Assembly: GCA_964541825.1 (NCBI GenBank)
Contig: CAZIRR010000003.1
Coordinates: 983 to 64,982, forward strand
Direction of reading: 5' to 3'
DNA: 64,000 nucleotides
Origin: an uncultured Christensenella sp.
GTDB lineage: Bacteria > Bacillota > Clostridia > Christensenellales > UBA1242
The notes beneath the pieces were generated by a model. That model saw nothing but the letters and a program-made list of their open reading frames with translations. It was not told where the DNA came from and ran no database searches. Within the stretch, counting starts at the first letter, position 1. The number at the start of each line of letters is the position of its first letter. Both the position numbers and the translations under genes were made by a program. Positions 39,124 to 48,500 of the stretch are shown here, piece after piece.

Positions 39124-39972
39124 ATGTCAAATATAAAGGTTTTTGAGAATAAAAAAGTTAGAACAGAGTGGGACGCAGAAAAAGAAGATTGGCTTTTTAG
39201 TGTTGCTGATGTTTGCAATATTTTAGCGGACAGTCAAGCAAAAGATAAAAATGCTTATTGGAGAAAATTAAAGCAACGTCTAAAAAATGAAGGGAGTGAG
39301 GTCGTGACAAATTGTCACGAACTGAAATTAGTCTCCGAAGATGGGAAAAAATACAAAACAGATGTTATGTATACTAAGGATATATTGAGAATTGTTCAAT
39401 CTATTCCTAGTCCAAAAGCAGAGCCTTTTAAGATGTGGCTTGCTTCGTGCGGAAGTGAACGTTTAGATGAAATTGCCGACCCGCAAAAAGCAATAGATAG
39501 GGCGATTGCAATGTATCGTGAAAAGGGATATTCGGAAGAATGGATAACCCAAAGAATGATGACTATCAAAATGCGTAAAGAACTCACTGCTGAATGGCAA
39601 GATAAAGGCATTACGCAAGAAAAAGACTATGCAATTCTAACTAATGAAATGACTAAAGCTTGGTCTGGAATGAGTGTGCAAGAATATAAAAAATTTAAGG
39701 GCTTAAAGAAAGAAAACTTGCGTGATAACATGACAAATATTGAGTTAGTCTTAAATATGCTTGCCGAAGTTACTACGACTGGTTTGTCTAAAAATGAAAA
39801 TCCCAAAACTTTTAACGAAAGTAAACAAATTGCAAGGCGTGGTGGAACTATTGCTAAAAATGCAAGAAAAGAATATGAAGAACAACTTGGTAAAAGTATT
39901 ATCTCTCCAGCAAATGCAACCAATAAAAAATTGTTAGAAGTAAAAGTTCATAATACTAGCGACGAAGAATAA
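39124..39972 (+). CDS. Bro-N domain / DNA-damage-inducible protein D (DinD)-like protein
   Basis: N-terminus VFENKKVRTEWDAEKEDWLFSVADVCNILA is Bro-N-like. The C-terminal half (KGLKKENLRDNMTNIELVLNMLAEVTT...ARRGGTIAKNARKEYEEQLG) parallels E. coli DinD as I recall it. Confidence 0.7.
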   Translation: MSNIKVFENKKVRTEWDAEKEDWLFSVADVCNILADSQAKDKNAYWRKLKQRLKNEGSEVVTNCHELKLVSEDGKKYKTDVMYTKDILRIVQSIPSPKAEPFKMWLASCGSERLDEIADPQKAIDRAIAMYREKGYSEEWITQRMMTIKMRKELTAEWQDKGITQEKDYAILTNEMTKAWSGMSVQEYKKFKGLKKENLRDNMTNIELVLNMLAEVTTTGLSKNENPKTFNESKQIARRGGTIAKNARKEYEEQLGKSIISPANATNKKLLEVKVHNTSDEE

Positions 39973-39985
39973 ATCAACTACAAAA

Positions 39986-40019
39986 ACAAGCCGAGAGATT
40001 TTTCTCCCGGCTTGTTTTG
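39986..40019 (+). terminator. rho-independent terminator
   Basis: Stem ACAAGCCGAGAG / CTCCCGGCTTGT (one mismatch) followed by TTTT. Confidence 0.7.
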
Positions 40020-40084
40020 TGCGCGAAAAGGAATAGAAGTACTCAATTGTGTCAACGTTGTTGACACTTTCCATTTAGATAATA

Positions 40085-40114
40085 AAAAACACTTCATTTT
40101 TGAAGTGTTTTTTG
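40085..40114. terminator. bidirectional hairpin downstream of tmRNA
   Basis: AAAAACACTTCA tttt TGAAGTGTTTTT, a perfect stem flanked by A and T runs. Confidence 0.7.
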
Positions 40115-40164
40115 TGTAAAACTCAGAAAAATGGCTAAATTTACCTGTTCAACTGAGCCCCGTT

Positions 40165-40522
40165 TGGTGGACGTGACGGGAGTCGGACCCGTGTCCATAC
40201 ACCCTCCAAATAGCTTTCTACATAATTAGTTGCTTTTGATTACAAAGATATTTGCACACAGGCAACAAAACATCAAATATCTTACATTTGATAGTAGTTA
40301 CAAGTTTGCTCAAATGTTCACAAATCTTGCTCCGCTATTTATTTGATGCTCGAGTCTTGGTCAATAGCGAAACCAAGTCGAACATGCATAGTGCTAAAAT
40401 TAAGCAGCGTATGCTAAAACAGAATTGTTATCTGCAATTAAATTTAATTTGAACTTATAACGCAGTTCAACCGTTATGCTTGGCCATTTAGATTAGATAT
40501 ATGTCGAAACCATTACACGCCC
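40165..40522 (-). ncRNA. ssrA: tmRNA (transfer-messenger RNA)
   Basis: The minus strand starts GGGCGTGTAATGGTTTCGAC and ends GGACACGGGTCCGACTCCCGTCACGTCCACCA. The acceptor stem pairs with a G3:U wobble and there is a T-arm. The internal reading frame GCA GAT AAC AAT TCT GTT TTA GCA TAC GCT GCT TAA (40435 down to 40400) gives the tag ADNNSVLAYAA. It lies 4 nt after smpB. Confidence 0.9.
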
Positions 40523-40526
40523 ATAA

Positions 40527-40973
40527 TTATCTATATTTTTTGAGCTCTCTCTCAGTATCTCTCTGGATATCTTTTTCGGCAAGGGCTTGCTTTTTGTCAT
40601 ACAAATGTTTACCTTTGGCTAGAGCTATTTCCAATTTAACAAGGCTATCTTTTATATATATCTTAAGTGGCACACAAGTAAAGCCTTTTTCTTGGGTCTT
40701 TGATATTAGTTTGTCAATTTCATTTTTGTGTAGTAATAATTTTCTGCTACGCTTCTCGTCAATTTTGTCTATAGTTGCATCTTTGTAATTGGAAATATGC
40801 ATATTTTTGATATATGCTTCATTTTTGCTAAAAGTAATGAAACTATCTTTGAGATTGGTGTGGCCTAGTCTAATAGACTTGACTTCGCTACCAAGTAGAG
40901 ATATACCTGCCTCATATGTGGAGATAATAAAATAATCAAAATATGCTTTTTTATTATTGGCAATTAATTTCAT
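40527..40973 (-). CDS. smpB: SsrA-binding protein SmpB
   Basis: IANNKKAYFDYFI, EAGISLLGSEVKS, LLLHKNEIDKL and a basic C-terminal tail are canonical SmpB. Confidence 0.95.
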   Translation of the reverse strand: MKLIANNKKAYFDYFIISTYEAGISLLGSEVKSIRLGHTNLKDSFITFSKNEAYIKNMHISNYKDATIDKIDEKRSRKLLLHKNEIDKLISKTQEKGFTCVPLKIYIKDSLVKLEIALAKGKHLYDKKQALAEKDIQRDTERELKKYR

Positions 40974-41345
40974 ATCCTACCTCCTACTATCTTGCAAGTA
41001 CATACATAATAGCACAAAAAATCATTTTTTTCAATAATAAAACAATATTTAATAGTATTACTTCCAAAAAAAATATCAAAAAATATTATTTTTTTCAAAA
41101 TAGGTATTGAAAATTTGTTAAAAATGTTATAAACTATTGATGTTTTGACACAAATTTTGCAAAATTGTATAAATTTTTGGCTTAAAAGTATTTAATTATT
41201 TTGCAAAATATTGTATAATATATATAATTAAAGATATTACGGCTATGCAATATTTGGATAAATTGTCAAAAGGGAAAATGACAATAAGCAAACAAATTGG
41301 TGGAATGTTTGCAAAATTAATGTATATATAGGAGAGGGGAAATTT

Positions 41346-43121
41346 ATGGGAACAGTAGTTAGTATTTTATTGGATATATTGGCAATCCTTGCAATAATTG
41401 TTTTTGGGTCTTTTATTGTAGTGCTTATTGCCGATTTGATTTTGTGTTTGTTTGACAATCATGAGGGGATTATTTTCAATAGGAACAAAACCAAAATTGT
41501 CAACGAAACAGAGATAGAAGAGACAAATTCTACTCAAGTGAAAAAAGATGATATCGTGGTTTATTCCAATCAATCCAACCCAAATGGCACAATTGAGACC
41601 ACAACCAAGACTGAGAAACTTGATGGCGAAGTTGTGACCGAAATAGACTTTGACAAAGCTGTGGAAGAACAACAAGCATTAAACAAAAAGAAAAATGTGT
41701 CTTCAGCTCCAGCACCTGTACAGCCTAAGCCTGAGCCAAAGGTAGAAAAAACTGAAGAAGATATTTTCTGGGATATCGACGAAGACCAAGACTTCAAAGA
41801 TTTGCTTGACGAAGTTGTCAAAGAAGCCAAGGATACAGACAAAAAACAAAAAGAAGAAACACCAAAAGAAACAGAAGAAGACAAAAAAGCAAAAGAGCAA
41901 GCCGAAAAAGAAAAAGAACAAACTCAAAAAGAACTAGAAGAACTAAAAGCTCTTAAAGAACAACAACAAAAAGAACTAGACGAATTCAAACAAATGAAAG
42001 AAGACTTCGCTAGAGAAAAAGAAGAACAATTGGCTCTATACAAAGAGAATTTGGACAAATTAAAAACAGAAGAATTGGACAAATTAAAACAAGAAATTAT
42101 CGCAGAACAAGAGAAACTTGCTCGTGAACAAGAAAGATTAGAAGACAAACAAGAAGAACTTGAAGAAAAGAGAAATTCTCAAGTTAGTACAGAAAAAGAA
42201 GAGATTATCAAAGAGACAATTATCAAAGACGAAGAAGAAATCAACAAACTTAAATTCAAAAATTTGGTAAGAATGAATAATCGTCTAAGCAGGATAATTA
42301 GAGATACCGAAAAATTACAAGAACAAAAACAAAAAGAAATTGTCAAGATTGAATTGGAAAAGAAAAAAATGCTTGCTCAAGAACAAGAAGAAAAACTTAG
42401 AGAGCAAGAAAGAAGAATAGAAATTCAAAGACAAAATCAAGAGAGATTGCAAAAACAAGCCGAAGCCTTGAGAAGAAGAAATGAAATCAATAGAAAGCTA
42501 AATGAAGTAAGCAAGAAGGCTGGCAAGTACAAATTGGATAATGCAAAAGTAAGGGTAACCAAAGAAAATAGTGCAGATAGTCATCATGTAGTAGAAGAAG
42601 TAGTAACTACAGTAGAAGAAACTATTCCTGGCACAAATACTGTCATCAAAACTGTAGAAAAGACTCCTATCAAAGCATCATCAACACCTATTTTCGAAAA
42701 GGCATATTATGAACAAAAATTGGTAGAACTTGATGAAGAATTAAAGGAAGCCGAAAAAGAACTTAGACTTAATAAATCTGAGTATATTCCACTTACTAGA
42801 ATTTACAAAGCATATGCTAGAGATAGCGAAAAATTACGTAAAAAAGAAATCCAAGTTGCCAAACAAAAAGTGGCTTTGTATGGCGTAAATTCCACAAAAT
42901 TTGACCCAAACAAAAAGGCTAAACTAGATGAAAATTTGGCAAATTTGACAGAACTAAAAGATAGCGTAGAACATTGCGAAGAAGTAATTAGAAAAAATAA
43001 AGATAGATATCCAGTACTAGAGAAAAATAACAAACTTCTAAATAGACAAATAGAAAGAATTAATGACGATATCAAAACTTGCGAAAAAGCAATTTCTTAC
43101 TACAACAAAAAAGATAAATAA
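41346..43121 (+). CDS. membrane-anchored K/E-rich coiled-coil protein (591 aa), function unknown
   Basis: SD is GGAGAGGGG. One N-terminal TM helix (ILAILAIIVFGSFIVVLIADLILCLF) is followed by ~500 aa of charged heptad-like sequence (EKEQTQKELEELKALKEQQQKELDEFKQ...). Confidence 0.75.
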   Translation: MGTVVSILLDILAILAIIVFGSFIVVLIADLILCLFDNHEGIIFNRNKTKIVNETEIEETNSTQVKKDDIVVYSNQSNPNGTIETTTKTEKLDGEVVTEIDFDKAVEEQQALNKKKNVSSAPAPVQPKPEPKVEKTEEDIFWDIDEDQDFKDLLDEVVKEAKDTDKKQKEETPKETEEDKKAKEQAEKEKEQTQKELEELKALKEQQQKELDEFKQMKEDFAREKEEQLALYKENLDKLKTEELDKLKQEIIAEQEKLAREQERLEDKQEELEEKRNSQVSTEKEEIIKETIIKDEEEINKLKFKNLVRMNNRLSRIIRDTEKLQEQKQKEIVKIELEKKKMLAQEQEEKLREQERRIEIQRQNQERLQKQAEALRRRNEINRKLNEVSKKAGKYKLDNAKVRVTKENSADSHHVVEEVVTTVEETIPGTNTVIKTVEKTPIKASSTPIFEKAYYEQKLVELDEELKEAEKELRLNKSEYIPLTRIYKAYARDSEKLRKKEIQVAKQKVALYGVNSTKFDPNKKAKLDENLANLTELKDSVEHCEEVIRKNKDRYPVLEKNNKLLNRQIERINDDIKTCEKAISYYNKKDK

Positions 43122-43127
43122 TCTTGT

Positions 43128-43166
43128 AAAAACCTCCAAATAAGCATTTTGCTTGGAGGTTTTTTC
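43128..43166 (+). terminator. rho-independent terminator
   Basis: Stem AAACCTCCAA / TTGGAGGTTT followed by a T-run. Confidence 0.75.
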
Positions 43167-43346
43167 TTGACATATAAATTTATATTGCATACAATCTTAT
43201 TAGATAAATTGACAACTTATAGAATATTAAACAAACGCATACTCTATCATTCTAATTAATAGAAACAATGTCGTTTAACAAATCTACTTTTTAGAAATTT
43301 TGCTTATCTGATTTAAGCGAAAATAATACTGAAGCAAAGGAATATT

Positions 43347-43871
43347 ATGTATACCAAAATCCATAATCCAGACAATTTAAAAGATGAAGACATATCTCTA
43401 AACTCTACTAGAGTTAAATTCTTTATTCTCAATTCAGATAATGAAGTGATGGCAGTATCTTCTAATGATGGCATTCAATTGCCGGGAGGACATGTGGAAG
43501 ACGGCGAAGATATACTAGATGCTTGTGTAAGAGAAATTCAAGAAGAGACAGGTATTTTATTGAAAAAAAATGAAATACCCGAGCCTTTTTTTGATGTGAA
43601 ATATTATAGGAAAAATTTCCATAATTCGGGCGAAAACAAATTAGTAGAAATATTTTATTATGCTATCAAATCGGATAGTAAATATAATAGACAGAATATT
43701 CATCTTACCGAACACGAAAAGTCTGTTAATTTTAAAATTATTTCTATTCCACTAGAGAAATTTGAAGATACTATCTTGTATGTCAAAAACAATGCGGACA
43801 AAGAGATAAATAGAGTAATATCGGAAGAAATTTTGGACGCATATGCTATATATCAAAAATTGGACAAATAA
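43347..43871 (+). CDS. NUDIX hydrolase
   Basis: Nudix box GGHVEDGEDILDACVREIQEETGI (GX5EX7REUXEEXGU). Confidence 0.85.
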   Translation: MYTKIHNPDNLKDEDISLNSTRVKFFILNSDNEVMAVSSNDGIQLPGGHVEDGEDILDACVREIQEETGILLKKNEIPEPFFDVKYYRKNFHNSGENKLVEIFYYAIKSDSKYNRQNIHLTEHEKSVNFKIISIPLEKFEDTILYVKNNADKEINRVISEEILDAYAIYQKLDK

Positions 43872-43908
43872 TTGTTTTTGTAAGAGTAAGTTTTAAATAA
43901 TAATAATA

Positions 43909-43950
43909 AAAAACCACTACAAACTATTATATATTTGGTAGTGGTTTTTT
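43909..43950. terminator. bidirectional hairpin between the NUDIX gene and SRP RNA
   Basis: AAAAACCACTAC ... GTAGTGGTTTTTT. Confidence 0.7.
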
Positions 43951-43974
43951 ATAAATCAAAATTCAAAATAAAAA

Positions 43975-44244
43975 GACTGTGCAACTATTTTCGATGGTGC
44001 GGTGTAAATAATCTAAAGCAATCCGCTCCTCCAAAGCTACCTTATGGCACATATTTAAATCTACTTAATGCTGCTTCATTCCTGACCTGACATGGTTCGT
44101 AGCAAAATATTGCATAAGACCTTGGGCTCATCACTTCAATACCATAGAAGTAAGTATACCACAGTGACACCTAGAATAGTATTCAGCTCCGCATATAGTG
44201 GGTTTCGGATATAGGGCACCACTAACTCCCCGCTTAGCACAGTA
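43975..44244 (-). ncRNA. ffs: signal recognition particle RNA, large Bacillus type (~270 nt, with Alu domain)
   Basis: The minus strand reads TACTGTGCTAAGCGGGGAGTTAGTGGTGCCC at the 5' end, like B. subtilis scRNA GUGCUAAGCGGGGAGGUAGCGGUGCCC. The domain IV motif CCATGTCAGGTCAGGAATGAAGCAGC lies at 44071-44095. The 3' end GCACAGTC pairs with the 5' end. End coordinates are accurate to within a few nt. Confidence 0.85.
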
Positions 44245-44457
44245 TAAATATTATAGCACAAATGGATATGTTTTGCAACACTTTCATTTCTACTTTGTAT
44301 ATTTTTTATCTATTTAATTTGTCGAATACTGTTTTTTGTGTTAAGATATAATAGAAGAATATAGGCGTGAAGGGATATTGGGCAATTAGTCTTTTTCGTA
44401 TTTATGCACGCAAATTCAATTAGGTTACATAATGTAATTATATAAATAGGAGTAATT

Positions 44458-45189
44458 ATGCCAGATTTTAGTGATAATGCAAAAAGATTTATAACTTGTT
44501 ACAATCAAATAGACCAGTCTCTTAGGGCTCAATATGATTTAAGCAAAAGTAGTAGTTATACAGAAGTTATTAGACGTGCAAGCAGAATGAATGCTTTTGT
44601 AAAGAAATATGAAGACCAACTTATAGACTACGGCAGACTTAGGAATGCCATAGTTCATTCTTTTAACGAAAGTATGGTGATAGCAGAGCCTCATCTAGAA
44701 GTGGTGGAGGAGTACGAAAGACTTTCTAAAGCTATTTGTACACCGCCTCTTGCTATAGATACTGTTTGTAATAAAAATATACACACTATCCCATATGATA
44801 CCCTTCTTTGTGATGTTGTAACTAGCATATATAAGACGGGCATTAGCAATTGGCCAGTATACAAAGATGGTATGCTTATAGGTGTTGCCAATTCGAGAAA
44901 GTTGGTAAAAGAAATAGGTAAAAAAGTGTATGAAAAACAAGATGTCAATGAATATCTAGCACATACCAAAGTTGAAGATGCTATAAGCAATTTCGGTGAA
45001 GACAATTATTATACTATTGCCAATAAAAATGTTACATTAGACAAAATTTTGCAATTATTCTCAGAAAATAGAAAATTAAGCCTAATTGTGATTACCGAGA
45101 GTGGAAGTTTACTAGAACAACCAATAGGCGTTGTGGCAATTGCAGATATAATGGACGTAAACAAAATTCTAGATAACTTTACCTATTAA
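44458..45189 (+). CDS. fusion of an N-terminal HEPN-like four-helix domain (Rx4H) and a C-terminal CBS pair
   Basis: SD is AGGAG. The motif LRNAIVH (R61-x4-H66) sits in a predicted helical ~95-aa N-terminal part. Two CBS-like units follow (IHTIPYDTLLCDVV...WPVYKDGMLIGVAN and YYTIANKNVTLDKIL...LIVITESGSLLEQPIGVVAIADIMD). Confidence 0.6.
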   Translation: MPDFSDNAKRFITCYNQIDQSLRAQYDLSKSSSYTEVIRRASRMNAFVKKYEDQLIDYGRLRNAIVHSFNESMVIAEPHLEVVEEYERLSKAICTPPLAIDTVCNKNIHTIPYDTLLCDVVTSIYKTGISNWPVYKDGMLIGVANSRKLVKEIGKKVYEKQDVNEYLAHTKVEDAISNFGEDNYYTIANKNVTLDKILQLFSENRKLSLIVITESGSLLEQPIGVVAIADIMDVNKILDNFTY

Positions 45190-45191
45190 AC

Positions 45192-45221
45192 TTGACATTT
45201 GTAGTCAAGATGATGTATATT
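45192..45221 (+). promoter_or_regulatory. promoter candidate for the ileS leader
   Basis: TTGACA (45192-45197), 18-nt spacer, TATATT (45216-45221). Confidence 0.55.
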
Positions 45222-45244
45222 GTAAGAGTTAATTGATTTAACGG

Positions 45245-45510
45245 AAAAAAACTATGATAAAGGACAGGCTTATCTAAGAAAGCTTTTTTGTAAAAATAGA
45301 GAGCAAACGGTTGGTGCAAGTTTGTAAGCGAGTATTAGAATGTTTAAGTATCACCTTTTAGTTGATAGGCAGAAATATAAGTAAGTCTATCCGGGCTTCT
45401 CCCGTTATAGAGATAGTATGTGTTGGCATATGACTTAAATAAAAAACTTAAAAATTCTTTGATGTAGAAGGTTTTTTGTGAAAAGCGATGACAACCTTCT
45501 ACATTTTTTT
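45245..45510 (+). promoter_or_regulatory. T-box-like tRNA-Ile-responsive leader/attenuator
   Basis: GA/K-turn-like CTATGATAAAGG. AGAGAG bulge followed by hairpin CAAAC-GGTTGGTGCAA-GTTTG (distal-loop-like). AGTATCACC holds an Ile codon AUC followed by A. A terminator sits just before the ileS SD. The canonical GGGTGGTACC T-box core was not recognised. Confidence 0.55.
45462..45510 (+). terminator. leader terminator of the ileS attenuator
   Basis: 12-bp perfect stem ATGTAGAAGGTT / AACCTTCTACAT followed by TTTTTTT, ending 19 nt before the ileS ATG. Confidence 0.85.
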
Positions 45511-45528
45511 ATGTATTTTGGAGGAAGT

Positions 45529-48500
45529 ATGAAAAAACAAGATATCAAGCCAAATTTGGTAGAAAACGAAAAAGAAATGCTTAAATTTTGGGAAGAAAAT
45601 AATGTATTTGAAAAATTAAGAGAAAGAAACAAAAAAACAGGTAAATATTTTGCTACAATGGACGGCCCAATTACTGCAAATGGAATGACTATGGGCTTGC
45701 ATCACGCATTTGGTAGGTCATTAAAAGATGCAATGATTAAGTTTAGAGCAATTAATGGCTATGATATGCATTATCAAAACGGATTTGATGCTCAAGGACT
45801 TTGGGTAGAAGTAAATGCCGAAAAAGATTTGGGTCTTAATTCCAAAAAAGATATTGAGAAATATGGAATAGATAAATTTACAGAATATTGTATGAACAAA
45901 GTTCAAACTTGTGCAAGCAAAATGACAGAACAATCTATCCGTCTTGGGCAAATGATGGATTGGAATAATTCTTATTTTACAAATTCCGATACAAATATAG
46001 AAACGATTTGGCACTTTTTGAAAACTTGCAAAGAAAAAGGCTGGCTAATAGAAAAATATAGACCTATGCCTTGGTGTACAAGATGTGGCACTAGTCTTTC
46101 GGAACACGAGATGAGTGACGGTGACGCATATAGGAACGATACCTGTCAAGCAGTCTTCATCAAACTCCCAGTATTGAATGAAAATTTCAAAATGCTTGTA
46201 TGGACTACTACACCTTGGACACTATCTTCCAATGTCGCAATAGCTGTCAATCCAGAATTAAAATATTCTTTGTGTAGAGTCAAATCTGACGACCAATTGA
46301 TTTGTGTATGTTCTACTGCTTTAAAAGTCTTAAAAGATGATTTGATAGCAGTAGAAAAAGAAGTATTGGGTAGCGAACTTGTAGGCAAAGTTTATGAGAC
46401 TTGCTTTGAAGAATTACCTTTGCAAAATTTTGAGCATAAAATTGTTGCTTGGGAAGATGTCGATGCGACAGAAGGTGCAGGCTCTGTTCACATTGCTCCA
46501 GGCTGTGGTGCCGAAGATTTCGATTTGGGGCAAAGAATAGGACTTCCTAATGTTTGTCCTATAGATGAGGGCGGTATTTTCTACGATAATTTTGGTTTCT
46601 TGAGCGGATTAGATGCCAACAAAGACGAAACAAGAGATTTGGTGTTTGCCGAACTTGAGAAAAGAGGCAAATTGTATTATCATCACTCTTATACTCATAG
46701 ATATCCTCATTGCTGGAGATGTAAAAGCCCTATACTATTTAGGCTTATCAAAGAGTGGGCAATTTCTATGGACGAGATTAGACCAATGCTTATTTCTGAG
46801 GCAAAAAAAGTTGAGTGGCAACCAGCCTTCTACGAAAAGAGAATGATAGATTGGCTAACAAATATGGGGGATTGGTCAATTTCTAGAAAAAGATATTATG
46901 GCTTGCCTTTGCCTATATATGTATGTGATTGCGGAGAGATAACTGTCGTAGGTAGCAAAGAAGAATTAAGAAATCTTGCCGTCGACAAATCGACAGTGGA
47001 CGCACTTCCTCACCTTCATCGCCCATATATTGACGAAGTTAAAATCAAATGCCCTCATTGTGGCAAAGAAGTAGAGAGGATAAAAGATGTCGGTGACTGC
47101 TGGCTAGATGCTGGTATTGCACCATTTAGTACAAACAAATACTTCGAGGATAGACAATTTTGGGAGAAAAATTATCCCGCAGAGTGCGTAATTGAGATGA
47201 AAGAACAAATAAGACTTTGGTTTTATTCAATGCTTGTAATGGGTGTTGTTCTTACAGGCAAAACTCCTTACAAAAAAGTTTCGACCTATGGCTCTTTGCT
47301 AGCCCAAGATGGCAAAAAATTATCTAAGAGTAGTCCAAATAATATTCCTCTAAATGAAGCTTTTGATAATATTGGAGCAGATGTGATTAGATATACTTTC
47401 TGTTCTACCAATCCTCAAAGTGATGTTATTTTCAGTTATTCTTCTACTGACGAAGTAAGACGTAGACTTTTGGGACTATGGAATATATTTGTATTCTTCA
47501 ATACCTATGCAATCATTGACAATCCAAATTTGGATAACTATACTCCAGACAAAAATTCTCTACATATTACTGATAAATGGCTTATCGCTAGAACAAACGA
47601 ATTTGCTACTAAATGCAAAGGCTATTATGAAGAAGTCAAGACTTGTGAAGTTGTGAGTGAATTTGAAAGATTTGTAGACGAACTTAGTAATTGGTACATA
47701 AGAGTAAATAGACGTAGATTCTGGAAAAATGGCGAAGATGGCGACAAATTGAATGCCTATTTCTGCCTAGAGTATGCTATCAAAAATATCACTATGGTTA
47801 TGGCTCCTATTATGCCATTTATGATGGAATATATCTGGCAAAATCAAGTAAGAGAAGTAGAAAAAAGTAGCCAACTTAGCGTAATGATGTCGGGCTTCAA
47901 GATTGCAACTTTTGATATTGATGACGCAAGCGTACTAGACAAAACAAATATTGTTCGTTCTATTATAGCCTCTGGACTAAAACTTAGAAATGAAAACAAT
48001 TTAAAAGTTAAACAACCTCTAAAAAAGGCTTTTGTAATAAGTGCAAACGAAAATACTCTTAATGCCATCGAAGATTACAAAACAATTATTGAAGAAGAAT
48101 TGAATATCAAAGAAATCGAACTTTCACTTGATGTCGAAACTTTCAATTCTCATTACTTGACGCTAAACTTCCGTAATGCAGGACGTGTGCTAAAAGGTGA
48201 CGTTCAGAAGATGAAAGCAGAACTAGAAAATACTAGTGATGACGTTATGGAAGATTATGTGGCCCAATTCGAAAATGGCAAGGTAAATGTAAATAACTTT
48301 GGCGAAATGCCAAGCGATTTGTTTATTAAAAATTCTAAGCCAAGAAAAGAATTTATAATGGCTGGGGAAGATGGAATTACTGTAGTCCTAGATATAACTT
48401 TGGACGAAAATTTGATAAATGAAGGATATTTGCGTGAGATTATTCGTAATGCTCAAGTTCTTAGAAAAGAAGCAGGATTTGAAATAGATGATAGAATAGA

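Noticed and set aside
38862-40165. Calling a genomic island or prophage integrated at the tmRNA 3' end
   Set aside because: No integrase, no recognisable direct repeat of the tmRNA 3' end (GGAGTCGGACCCGTGTCC), and no phage structural genes. Only a single Bro-N/DinD-like gene is present, which is too little for a mobile_element call.
40252-40788. ORF-track entries 40252..40452 (+) and 40501..40788 (+)
   Set aside because: They lie inside or antisense to tmRNA and smpB, so they are spurious. The same applies to the many 60-150-aa ORFs antisense to long genes throughout the track (for example 9610..10023, 12791..13243, 33695..33925, 41570..41884). These are typical of AT-rich DNA and lack SD sequences.
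41245-41325. 26-codon ORF (MQYLDKLSKGKMTISKQIGGMFAKLMYI) upstream of the coiled-coil gene
   Set aside because: No Shine-Dalgarno sequence and no recognisable peptide family. It is most likely a chance ORF in a promoter region.
41346-43121. Identifying the TM + coiled-coil protein as EzrA
   Set aside because: Only the architecture and length are similar. The sequence is low-complexity K/E-rich, with no resemblance to the EzrA sequence as I recall it.
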